Below are positions 8,001-15,507 of a DNA stretch of 21,495 nt, piece by piece. A program made the position numbers and the translations under genes. The notes under the pieces were generated by a model. That model searched no databases. It had not been told where the DNA came from and was given only the letters and a program-made list of their open reading frames with translations. The first letter of the stretch is position 1, and each line of letters starts with the position of its first letter. The stretch lies in the NCBI GenBank assembly GCA_041288095.1, contig JBGGMJ010000026.1, forward strand, positions 1 to 21,495, in the 5' to 3' direction. Source of the stretch: Myxococcota bacterium. GTDB taxonomy: Bacteria; Myxococcota; XYA12-FULL-58-9; JALHOP01.

Positions 8001-9038
8001 GTCAGCCAGCGTGATCGCGTAGCGATAGACGCCCGAGACGGTGCCGGATTCTTCGAGCGTCAGTGTCGTCGAGCCCTTGATCGCCCGCACCACCGGTGGC
8101 TGCGCGAGCTCCTCGGATGCGACGAAGCGCACCGCGTAAGTCGAGCCATGGGTCACATGGCGCGCGACGTTCAGCGGCGCGCCCGGCGGAGGATCGATGG
8201 CCACGGCGTCGACGCTCACGATCGAGGGCGGGGCGAAATCGAGAGTGAGCTCGAGCTGCTTTTCGCGGGTGACGAAGTTACCAGCCGCGTCCGTCATGGG
8301 CAGCAAGAGCGCGGCGCGGCCCGGCGGCTCGTCGCCAAGGGCGGTGTACTCGAACTGATAGCGGTTGAGCGTCGGGTTGTGCACTCCAGCGCGCATCAGC
8401 CGCGGCGTCGTACCGTCGGCAAAGCTCAAGAATGCCTGGGGCGTCGCCGCGAGCTTCTCGTTGGCCTGGATGCTGACCAGCACGGAAGCGCCCGCCGCGA
8501 TGAACGCCCGCGACGCTGTCGGAGACGCCGTGAGATCGGGCGGCGTGAAATCCAGGTCGACGTTGCCGATGACGCTGTTCTCGGTGCCGTTGCCGACCTG
8601 ATCGTAGAGGTTCGCGACGATGGACCAGCGGATCTCGCGCTCGGTGCCACGCGGACGAAACACGTAGATGTAGCTGCGACGATCCTCGCGCAGCGTGATG
8701 ATGTTGGCGTCGACGATTGGGCTCGCCAAGCCTTGCGGGTCGACCAGTGCCAGTGTGGGCGCCGCCGCCAGGTCTTCGTCGACCGAGAAGCTGATGAAGA
8801 CGGCGCTGTTTTGTGACGCACGCGCCGGCTCGATGGTGATCGACGCTGGATCGATGTTGGGTGCGACCGCGTCGTCACTCGTGGTGCTGACGCATCGGCC
8901 GAGCTGCGGGTGACAGCGCGTACCCGACGGGCACTCGTCGTTGGTCTCGCAGATGAGGTCGGCGTCGCGCGGCACCTCGAGCTCGACGCCACAAGCGGCT
9001 AACCCAACGAAGAGCAAACACGCGCGCAGTCGTTTCAT
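4989..9038 (-). CDS. Large lipoprotein (~1349 aa): lipobox, EGF-like Cys module, Ig-like repeats, 12 kelch/galactose-oxidase-like blades, C-terminal beta domain
   Basis: Start reassigned from 9131 to ATG 9038: MKRLRACLLFVGLAA|C gives a lipobox and an ATGA overlap with the upstream stop. Cys module CETNDECPSGTRCHPQLGRC; Ig-like units delimited by DAVAP/DFTPP/DFAPP/DTEAP; 12 P.R..HAMAYD...FGG...DTWEW repeats. Confidence 0.88.
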   Translation of the reverse strand: MKRLRACLLFVGLAACGVELEVPRDADLICETNDECPSGTRCHPQLGRCVSTTSDDAVAPNIDPASITIEPARASQNSAVFISFSVDEDLAAAPTLALVDPQGLASPIVDANIITLREDRRSYIYVFRPRGTEREIRWSIVANLYDQVGNGTENSVIGNVDLDFTPPDLTASPTASRAFIAAGASVLVSIQANEKLAATPQAFLSFADGTTPRLMRAGVHNPTLNRYQFEYTALGDEPPGRAALLLPMTDAAGNFVTREKQLELTLDFAPPSIVSVDAVAIDPPPGAPLNVARHVTHGSTYAVRFVASEELAQPPVVRAIKGSTTLTLEESGTVSGVYRYAITLADDATYDQGIYTLQATLVDLGGNEHVETLVVDLPLVVDTEAPAPPAVNVSDLVVHTRSPWGRDVTQGEPRFTMRGGAGAVASCSPNAPVPAGDACHVVVAYASAVTAATSELGRADVTVDGGFAEVNLAEVDVPVLYVAAVDAAGNVSDANGNAADGAQAIAVRDAVWIATLSGKVENSTVANPHTVVTTPSFRATLAQDEVRALEPVVDPPVGVRLRGADGVTLSAASERIWSQRFPTTLKPEARTEHATAYDLKRGRTIMFGGQDDAGKLQDVWEWDGTRWDFVIVGGESPSPRAGHAMAYDAARGVTVMFGGLTVEGTLSDETWIWNGNAWRKATPALSPPGREFHRMTYFPERGTVILFGGLSANELDDVWEWDGETWAPVVSGGALPPARWNHAMAYDPIRGRIVIYGGRATSPRADMWSWDGTTWDEEIFFGSRPSPLFVNRMAYDFMRERLVLFGEKTWEWTGTQWIAPNTASTITPDSRSFGEMEFDPVRKRVTLFGGKATAVCTGSVTELCGDVWEWGGSVWSEATPGDASVPEPRDKHAMAYDEESLRAIMFGGSNGPIHPGTWAWTGSNWLDVTPVVEPPIRIRHAMAYDATALGVVMFGGIKGSTFCDGEVNTCGDTWLFSAGFWDKVLDAVGAPPARHSHAMAYVTASTPPGVVMFGGSRGQASATTRCPLVSGTKDCADTWRYDSVTNTWSDESGLGADQPSARTRHAMAYDRTRGVAVLFGGLDASSECRGDDMGAGRACDDTWEWGQWGIPVCITDDAFCWREVTPVGSPSPTPRSSHAMTYDVARQRVVLYGGQLADGEELGDTWEWTGSRWIEITPSRLNPPARFAHTLAYDVARRQAVLFGGSSRRDTWELAADPDQRPALIASIDWRFASADIADVEGLTIVAHASGTGFVTAAVDTPLDGARLLVWQPERNGWVNSASTGAGVDGAPGVIDYTTASPQESQSVFADDSLVHFALTPTFPMGNGSTPAEVKLDYLEVAVKYRRDP
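5397..7283 (-). repeat. 12 kelch-like beta-propeller repeats
   Basis: Counted from KPEARTEHATAYD to NPPARFAHTLAYD...DTWEL. Consensus PxxRxxHAMAYDxxRxxxxxFGG...DTWxWxGxxW. Confidence 0.85.
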
Positions 9039-12000
9039 CGTCTTCTTTTGAAGCGCAGACCGAGGAGGAGCGCAAACAATGCGCCTGGCCACGCCGGAGA
9101 GGTGGATGTGCAGCTCGACACGGCGGCGCAATCGCCAGCGGCACAGACTTCCGGCGCGGGCTCACAGGCATCGCCCGCCGCGGCACCAGCACTATCCTTT
9201 TGATCTGGATTCGCGACGCTCCGACAGTTGTCGAACGGGTCGCGGATACCGTCGTCGTCGGAGTCGTCGTCCTGGGCATCGGGGGTGCCGTCACCGTCCG
9301 TGTCGAGCGGCGGCGTTTCGGGGTCGTCGTCGTCTTGCTCGAGCCGATCCGTGATGCCGTCGTTGTCGGAGTCGTCGTCTTGGTAGTCCGGGACGCCGTC
9401 CTCATCCGCGTCGCGCGGCGTCGCGCTTGACGACGTCGAGCCCGCCTCATCGGCGTCGCTCACCGTGTCGCCGTCGGCGTCCTCGTCCAGGTAGTCCGGA
9501 GTGCCGTCAATGTCGGTGTCAATCGGCGGGGTCGCCGGATCATCGTCGCCCAGCTCGATGCGGTCCGCGATACCGTCACCATCGGAGTCGGAGCTGCAGG
9601 TCGTGCTGCAGCCGTCGTCATCGACCTGGTTACCGTCGTCGCATTGCTCGGCCCCGCTCTGAACGACACCGTCGCCACACGCCGCCAACATGCAGTGACC
9701 GAGACACAGATCGCGATCGTCCGCGTTAGCGTCGTCGCACTGCTCGACGCCAGCGCGGACGATGCCGTCGCCGCAGAGCGCGACCTTGCAGACCTGCGTG
9801 CATGCATCGGTGCCCACCGCGTTGCCGTCGTCGCAGGCCTCGCTCGCGAGAGCATTCACCACGCCGTCGCCGCAGGCCGCCGGCGTGCAATCGGTGTCGC
9901 AGGTGGCGCTGCCGGACGCGCCCGCGTCGCAGGTCTCGACGCTCGCCTGCACCACACCGTCGCCGCAGGTGGCGCTCTTGCAGTTGTTCAAGCACGCATT
10001 GGTGGGGTCCTGATCGCCGTCATCGCACTGCTCCTTGCCGGCCCAGACAAAGCCGTCGCCGCAGACGGCCTTCTTGCATTCGCTCGAGCACGCGTCGCCG
10101 TTGTCAGGATTGGCGTCGTCACACTCCTCGCTGCCGATGTGGATGACGCCGTCACCGCAAGAAGCGACCTGACAGGTGGTGGGGCAATCGTCGTTGTCGT
10201 TGGTGTTGTTGTCGTCGCACGCCTCGACGCCGGCACGCACGAAGCCGTCCGGGCAGCTCGCGACCCGGCAGGTGTTCAGACAGGCGTCGGTGTTGTCTTG
10301 GTTCGCGTCGTCGCAGCCTTCGACGCCGGTGAACGTATGCCCGTCGCCACACGTCGCGGCGGCGCAGCTGTTCAGGCAGGCATCGGTGTTGCTGGTGTTG
10401 CCGTCGTCGCAAGTCTCGATGCCGACGCGCACGAAGCCGTCGCCGCAGAATGGGATCTTGCACGTGCTCAAACATGCGTCGGTGTTGCTGGTGTTGGCGT
10501 CGTCGCAGTCCTCGACGCCGACCCGCGTGAAGCCGTCGCCGCATCCGGCGAAGGCGCAGCTATTGAGACAGGCGTCGCCGTTGCTGCCATTACCGTCATC
10601 GCAGGCTTCGACACCGGAACGCGTGAAACCGTCACCGCAGGTCGCGACCACGCAGGTCGTGAGGCACACGTCCGTGTTGTTGGCGTTGCCGTCGTCGCAA
10701 GCCTCGACGCCCGAGCGCACGAAGCCGTCGCCGCAGGTCGCGGCGACGCAGGTCGTCAAGCAGCCATCGAAGTTGCTCGGGTTGCCGTCGTCGCACTGCT
10801 CGGTGCCGGCCCGCGTGAAGCCATCGCCGCACGAGGCAACCTGACAGCTGCTGAGGCACGCGTCGGTGTTCAGCGCATTGCCGTCGTCGCACGCTTCCAC
10901 GCCGGCGCGCACGAAGCCGTCGCCGCACGCGGCCGTCGTGCAGCTGGTGAGGCAGGCATCGGTGTTGCTCGCATTGGCGTCGTCACACTGCTCGACGCCC
11001 GCGCGGACAAAACCATCGCCGCAGCTCGCCGGCACGCACGTGGAAAGGCACGCGTCCGTGTTGACGCCGTTGCCGTCGTCACAGGTTTCGACTCCCGCCC
11101 TGAGGAATCCGTCGCCGCACGTCGCGGTGACACACGTCGTGAGGCAGGCGTCGGTGTTGACGCCGTTGCCGTCGTCGCATTGCTCGACGCCGGTGCGGGT
11201 GTGCCCGTCACCACAGGTGGCCGGTACGCAGCTGGTCAGACATGCGTCGCTGTTGCTGCCGTTGCCGTCATCGCATTGTTCGACACCGGTGCGCACGAAA
11301 CCGTCGCCGCACGAGGCGCTCGAGCAGGTGTTCAAACACGCGTCGGTGTTGCTCGTATTTGCGTCGTCGCATTGCTCGACACCGACCTGGACGACGCCAT
11401 CGCCGCAAGCGGCGAGCTGGCAAGAGTTCGGACACGCGTCGGTGTTGACGGCGTTGCCGTCGTCGCATTGCTCGACACCGGTACGCACGACACCGTCACC
11501 ACATATGGCGGTGACGCAGGTGGTGCGACACGCGTCGGTGTTGACGGCGTTGCCGTCGTCGCATTGTTCGACACCGGTACGCACGACACCGTCACCACAC
11601 ACGGCGGTCGCACAGGTGGTGAGGCACGCGTCGGTGTTGACGGCATTGCCGTCGTCGCATTGCTCGACACCGGTACGCACGACACCATCACCACACGCGG
11701 CGTTCACACAGGTAGTGCGACACGCATCGGTGTCGACGGCGTTAGCGTCGTCGCATTGCTCGACACCGGTACGCACGACACCATCGCCGCACACGGCGCT
11801 CACGCAGCTGTTGAGACACGCGTCCGTGTTCGTGGCGTTGCCGTCGTCGCATTGCTCGACACCCGCACGCACGACACCGTCACCGCACACGGCGTTCACG
11901 CAGGTGGTGCGACACGCATCCGTGTTGACCGCGTTGCCGTCGTCGCACTGCTCGAAACCCGTGCGCGTGAACCCGTCGCCGCATGTGGCGGCGACGCAGG

Positions 12001-12568
12001 TGTTGAGACACGCGTCGGTGTTGCTGGCGTTGCCATCGTCGCAGGCTTCACCGGCATCCACGACGCCGTCACCGCAGCTCGCGATGACCGTCAGGGTGCG
12101 CGAGCTCTTCGCCGGGTCATCGCCGCCGGTGCCGGCGGTCAAGTTGACGGCATTGCCTGCGACGAAGAGCGTATAGTTGCCGGTCGTCGTCGGGGCCGTC
12201 CAACGGAAGGTAAACGTCGCGACGCCACCCGAGATAGCACGCGGGGTGGTGTGGGTGAGCTCACTACCGATTTTCTGCACGCCGGTGTCCGACACCGACG
12301 TGAGCAGCGTGCCGCCACTGACCGATGCGTTGAAGCCCGCGGCCGACAACCCAGAACGATTCACCGTAGCGGTCAAGGTGAGGGTCTGGCCGCGTGTCGC
12401 GGTGCTCGTGCCTCCGAAGGTGACGGAGGTGAGAAAGCCGTTGTTGGCGTGGCACGAGGTGCAATACGGCGTGTTCGAGTAGCCCGTAATGCCGGACGAG
12501 GCGGCGTGCGCCGACGGTGCTGCGATCAGAGTGAGCCCTGTGACGCACAGGGCTGCGAGCCAACGCAT
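9035..12568 (-). CDS. Secreted surface protein (1177 aa): CxxCH reeler-like head, 26 Cys-rich (DUF4215-like) repeats, TSP3-like Ca-binding repeats, MYXO-CTERM-like anchor
   Basis: Signal peptide ends at SAHA. CTSCH at 12449-12463; 26 units of ~32 aa; DxDxDGxxD repeats and DNCRSVANPDQKD...GDAC at ~9164-9589; tail SSCTSTSPAWPGALFALLLGLRFKRRR. Confidence 0.92.
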   Translation of the reverse strand: MRWLAALCVTGLTLIAAPSAHAASSGITGYSNTPYCTSCHANNGFLTSVTFGGTSTATRGQTLTLTATVNRSGLSAAGFNASVSGGTLLTSVSDTGVQKIGSELTHTTPRAISGGVATFTFRWTAPTTTGNYTLFVAGNAVNLTAGTGGDDPAKSSRTLTVIASCGDGVVDAGEACDDGNASNTDACLNTCVAATCGDGFTRTGFEQCDDGNAVNTDACRTTCVNAVCGDGVVRAGVEQCDDGNATNTDACLNSCVSAVCGDGVVRTGVEQCDDANAVDTDACRTTCVNAACGDGVVRTGVEQCDDGNAVNTDACLTTCATAVCGDGVVRTGVEQCDDGNAVNTDACRTTCVTAICGDGVVRTGVEQCDDGNAVNTDACPNSCQLAACGDGVVQVGVEQCDDANTSNTDACLNTCSSASCGDGFVRTGVEQCDDGNGSNSDACLTSCVPATCGDGHTRTGVEQCDDGNGVNTDACLTTCVTATCGDGFLRAGVETCDDGNGVNTDACLSTCVPASCGDGFVRAGVEQCDDANASNTDACLTSCTTAACGDGFVRAGVEACDDGNALNTDACLSSCQVASCGDGFTRAGTEQCDDGNPSNFDGCLTTCVAATCGDGFVRSGVEACDDGNANNTDVCLTTCVVATCGDGFTRSGVEACDDGNGSNGDACLNSCAFAGCGDGFTRVGVEDCDDANTSNTDACLSTCKIPFCGDGFVRVGIETCDDGNTSNTDACLNSCAAATCGDGHTFTGVEGCDDANQDNTDACLNTCRVASCPDGFVRAGVEACDDNNTNDNDDCPTTCQVASCGDGVIHIGSEECDDANPDNGDACSSECKKAVCGDGFVWAGKEQCDDGDQDPTNACLNNCKSATCGDGVVQASVETCDAGASGSATCDTDCTPAACGDGVVNALASEACDDGNAVGTDACTQVCKVALCGDGIVRAGVEQCDDANADDRDLCLGHCMLAACGDGVVQSGAEQCDDGNQVDDDGCSTTCSSDSDGDGIADRIELGDDDPATPPIDTDIDGTPDYLDEDADGDTVSDADEAGSTSSSATPRDADEDGVPDYQDDDSDNDGITDRLEQDDDDPETPPLDTDGDGTPDAQDDDSDDDGIRDPFDNCRSVANPDQKDSAGAAAGDACEPAPEVCAAGDCAAVSSCTSTSPAWPGALFALLLGLRFKRRR
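9596..12076 (-). repeat. Tandem array of 26 x ~96-bp (32-aa) intragenic repeats
   Basis: Consensus CGDGxVRxGVEQCDDGNxxNTDACLxTCxxAx. Units around 11400-11880 are also highly similar at DNA level. Confidence 0.92.
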
Positions 12569-12611
12569 CTGGGGTGAAGGGTAGCCGAAGCTCGGAGCGC
12601 CCGCACTTCTC

Positions 12612-13658
12612 TCAGGCGCGTCGTAAACCGCGGTCCGTCAGTCCAACCAGCGTGATTTCACGGCGATTTGCAGTGAGCTGCTTGGCGTAGACGATCGGGA
12701 AGCCACGACTGCGAACGCGGTTCACCAGCTCGGGTATCCGCGTCGAGAAGCTCGGCTGATTCAGCTTCAAAGTCAGAATCACCCCATAGGTCGGCATGCG
12801 CCCCAGCTTGATTTGGTGCTCGACCGCGCGAAGCCCGAGCTCGGGCTCGGTGTTCATGTCCAACAACAACCAATCGACGCGCTTCGGTAGATTGTTTTCG
12901 CGGACATCGAACGCGCTCATCGCGAGGTGCGTGAAGCGCTTGTTCGCTTTCACCGCGGGGGCCATCTCGCCGGGATCGATGCCGGTGACCTTCAGCCCGC
13001 GAGCCAAGAGCGCGTACACGACGCCACCAGGAGCCGACCCGAGCTCGACGGCGATGTCACCCTCGCGCAACGACAAGCCAAACCAGCGGATGGCCTCTTC
13101 GACTTTCAGATACGCCCGCGAAGGCGCCTCGGGCGGATGCACCGGTGTGATCGGCGACGGCGGATGATCGATGCTGTGCTTGTGCACACCGAGCCACCAG
13201 CTAGCGTCTTCGACCACGACGATATCGAACACGAGCTGGCCAACGGCGGGCATGGCGCTCACCTGAACCCCGAACGCGCCCAGCTCCTTCGTCAAGCGCG
13301 CGACTTCGGCGGCCCGCGCCTCCAAGATGTCGCCTTCGTCACCCGGCGCCGCGACATCGCGGAGCCACAGCTGCGCCACCGGCTTGGGCTCGAGCGACAG
13401 GATCTTCTCCGCCATGACCTTTGCCTGGTCATCGGCGGACGTGACGACCTCTCCGAGACAAGCCCCGTAGGCCCTCGCGAACACCGCGCCCAGCTCGAAG
13501 TCCGGAGCGACCGCGGCACCCTCACGGCTATCCTTGAAGGTGATGAGTCCCGGCCGCGAGAAGGCTGGTCGCAGGAATGGAAAACGCTGCGCGAGCTCTT
13601 CCTTGAGGATGCGCTCGGTGCCGACCTGGCAGGTCGCGAAGAGGAACTGCGTCTCCAT
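12612..13658 (-). CDS. RlmM-like (FtsJ/RrmJ superfamily) rRNA 2'-O-methyltransferase, 348 aa
   Basis: APSRAYLKVEEA, AVELGSAPGG (SAM-binding), GIDPG, WLLLDMN, LTLKL and REIT give an intact K-D-K-E tetrad. Start set at ATG 13658 (METQFLFATC); the longer 587-aa ORF simply runs antisense through marC. Confidence 0.82.
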   Translation of the reverse strand: METQFLFATCQVGTERILKEELAQRFPFLRPAFSRPGLITFKDSREGAAVAPDFELGAVFARAYGACLGEVVTSADDQAKVMAEKILSLEPKPVAQLWLRDVAAPGDEGDILEARAAEVARLTKELGAFGVQVSAMPAVGQLVFDIVVVEDASWWLGVHKHSIDHPPSPITPVHPPEAPSRAYLKVEEAIRWFGLSLREGDIAVELGSAPGGVVYALLARGLKVTGIDPGEMAPAVKANKRFTHLAMSAFDVRENNLPKRVDWLLLDMNTEPELGLRAVEHQIKLGRMPTYGVILTLKLNQPSFSTRIPELVNRVRSRGFPIVYAKQLTANRREITLVGLTDRGLRRA

Positions 13659-13730
13659 CACAACGTCACGACCATGGCACGGTAATCGGCTTGCGTCACG
13701 CTGCGCGCCCCCGCATATACCGCCGCGCGG

Positions 13731-14381
13731 ATGGACATCTTCTTCCAGAAGGCCAAGGTGCTGGTGGCGCTCGTCGTCATCGTCAATCCGCTGAGCGTCA
13801 TTCCCACCTACATCACGCTGACCCGCGACTACACCAAAGCGCAGCGTGCCAGTACCGCGCGCCTGGCCGCCTCGGCGGTCGCCATGGTGCTGGTCATCTC
13901 GACCCTCTTGGGCGCGCACATCCTCGGGTTCTTCGGCATCAGCATCGCGGCCTTTCGCGTCGGTGGCGGCATTCTCATCCTCATGATGGGGCTGTCGATG
14001 CTCCAGGCACGTCAGAGCCGCGCCAAGCAGACTCCCGAAGAGACCGCTGAAGCGGAGGACAAAGCGACCATCGGCATCGTGCCGCTGGGCATTCCCCTGC
14101 TCGCCGGCCCCGGCGCCATCAGCACTGCCATCGTCTACGCCGAACAAGCCAAGTCCTGGATCGATACGGGGTTCACCGTCGCCTGCTGCGCCCTCGTTGG
14201 GGTCGCCGTCTGGGCGGCGTTGCGCTTGGCGGAGCCCATCGGCAACGCCCTCGGCCGCACCGGCTTGAACATCGCCACCCGCGTCATGGGCCTGTTGCTC
14301 GCGGCGCTTGCCATCGAGATCATCTCGTCGGGGCTGCGGGCCCTCCTGCCCGGCCTGGCTTCCGCATTGCACCAAGGTTAG
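13731..14381 (+). CDS. MarC family integral membrane protein
   Basis: IVNPLSVIPTYI, ILGFFGISIAAFRVGGGILI, IGIVPLGIPLLAGPGAIST and TRVMGLLLAALAIE are MarC hallmarks. Confidence 0.93.
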   Translation: MDIFFQKAKVLVALVVIVNPLSVIPTYITLTRDYTKAQRASTARLAASAVAMVLVISTLLGAHILGFFGISIAAFRVGGGILILMMGLSMLQARQSRAKQTPEETAEAEDKATIGIVPLGIPLLAGPGAISTAIVYAEQAKSWIDTGFTVACCALVGVAVWAALRLAEPIGNALGRTGLNIATRVMGLLLAALAIEIISSGLRALLPGLASALHQG

Positions 14382-14383
14382 CT

Positions 14384-15235
14384 ATGGAGCGGCGCGTGCA
14401 GTCGATCCTCGTCGCCAGCCACAACATCATGCACGGCCTGCGCTTGCCGCAGCTCGTCGCGACTTACCGCTCCCTCGCCACCACCCTCGACCTCGGCGTC
14501 TTGTGCTTGCAGGAGAACAGGCTCGCCGGCGAAGCGACCCCCGCGGAGCTCATCGGCCGCGCCCTGGGGACGGACTTCGACGTGCTCTGTCGCGGCGAAA
14601 ACGCGCAGCTCGCGGTCATTTACGATCACCGTCGGGTGAGCGTGCGCGAGGAGCTGCTCATCCCGCTGCCGAAGCTCAAGGTCCTCGGCAAGCTCGCGCC
14701 GCTCTACATGGCCGAGCCCGAGCCCGAGCAGAAATACGCCTTGGTCTGCACCGTCACGCCACGCGACGGCACGCCCTTCACGCTGGTGAACTTCCATCTC
14801 GACGCCGCCGGCGGCAATCGTCATCGCCAGGAGCAGCTCGCCATGGTCACCACCACCCTGGTGTCGCGCGATCTGCACCACCGCCTCATCGCGATGGGCG
14901 ACGCCAACGTCTTCACCTTCCGTCACAAAAAGCACCGCCAAGCCTACGAGGAGCTCCTGGCGCCGCTCACCGAGCTCGGCGCCGTCGACCCCGAGACGCG
15001 TCCGACGCACTTCTTCTCTCGCTCACGCGACCCCAAGGTGGCGCAGCGCCTGGCCCGCGCGCTCGGCAAGCTCCGGCTCGACCTGCCCCGCCGCTACGAC
15101 GTCATTTGCAGCAACCTGGAGCCGCTCGCGCGCGGCCAGGTGGCGACCCCCGACTCCGATCACGATCTCTTGTGGGGACGCTTCGACGTGTCCGCTACAG
15201 CGGAACAGCGCGAGGACACTAGGCAATGGGCCTGA
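14384..15235 (+). CDS. Endonuclease/exonuclease/phosphatase (EEP) family protein
   Basis: Catalytic motifs appear in the expected order: ASHNI, LCLQEN, VNFHLD, MGDAN, RYDVI, SDH. Confidence 0.85.
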   Translation: MERRVQSILVASHNIMHGLRLPQLVATYRSLATTLDLGVLCLQENRLAGEATPAELIGRALGTDFDVLCRGENAQLAVIYDHRRVSVREELLIPLPKLKVLGKLAPLYMAEPEPEQKYALVCTVTPRDGTPFTLVNFHLDAAGGNRHRQEQLAMVTTTLVSRDLHHRLIAMGDANVFTFRHKKHRQAYEELLAPLTELGAVDPETRPTHFFSRSRDPKVAQRLARALGKLRLDLPRRYDVICSNLEPLARGQVATPDSDHDLLWGRFDVSATAEQREDTRQWA

Positions 15236-15507
15236 CAGCGATGGTCGCCGTGAACCTGGGCGACGCGAGCAGCGAACAGCGCGATGCCTTCGACACGCAC
15301 ATGGACAGCCAGGATTGGCTGAAGGTGCCGAAGCTCCAGTCGACGTACGCGGCGAACTTCCCCAACGCCGCCGACGGCTCCGAACAAGCGCTGGCGCAGG
15401 TCGCGGTCGACGTCGTCACCATGGCGGCACGCGGTAGCAAGATCGAGCGCTTCGATGCCGCCGTGCACGTCGGCAAGGGCATCCCATCACTATTCAGCGG
15501 CCCATAG
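15226..15507 (+). CDS. 93-aa hypothetical protein, possible ferredoxin-like (beta-alpha-beta-beta-alpha-beta) fold
   Basis: SD GAGGA at 15212-15216, a 10-nt overlap with the EEP gene end, and good codon bias. The fold is guessed only from the hydrophobic pattern. Confidence 0.7.
   Translation: MGLTAMVAVNLGDASSEQRDAFDTHMDSQDWLKVPKLQSTYAANFPNAADGSEQALAQVAVDVVTMAARGSKIERFDAAVHVGKGIPSLFSGP

Noticed and set aside
5472-8816. Plus-strand ORFs of 406 and 542 aa inside the kelch gene
   Set aside because: Arg-rich antisense translations typical of high-GC DNA, with no domain signatures.
9039-9131. 31-aa N-terminal extension of the kelch protein
   Set aside because: It overlaps the anchor-coding end of the upstream gene and masks the lipobox. 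ATG 9038 fits better.
11400-11900. Near-identical direct repeats resembling a CRISPR array
   Set aside because: The period is 96 bp and in frame, the intervening segments are homologous to one another, all lie inside a CDS, and no cas genes are present.
3349-12076. Cys-rich stalks as multiheme cytochromes or RiPP precursors for the radical SAM enzyme
   Set aside because: The repeats contain no CxxCH (only one per head) and match disulfide/Ca-type Myxococcus repeats in exported proteins. The radical SAM gene is over 5 kb away and shows no SPASM or RRE features that I can see.
9644-12577. 977-aa plus-strand ORF (and 10866-12176, 10176-10844) opposite the Cys-rich gene
   Set aside because: Antisense shadows of a repetitive high-GC gene. 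The Val/Ala/Ser/Pro-rich translations mirror the repeat and show no independent motifs.
13659-14375. 239-aa N-terminal extension of the methyltransferase ORF (587 aa in the track)
   Set aside because: It is mostly the reverse complement of marC. Recognisable methyltransferase sequence starts at METQFLF (13658).
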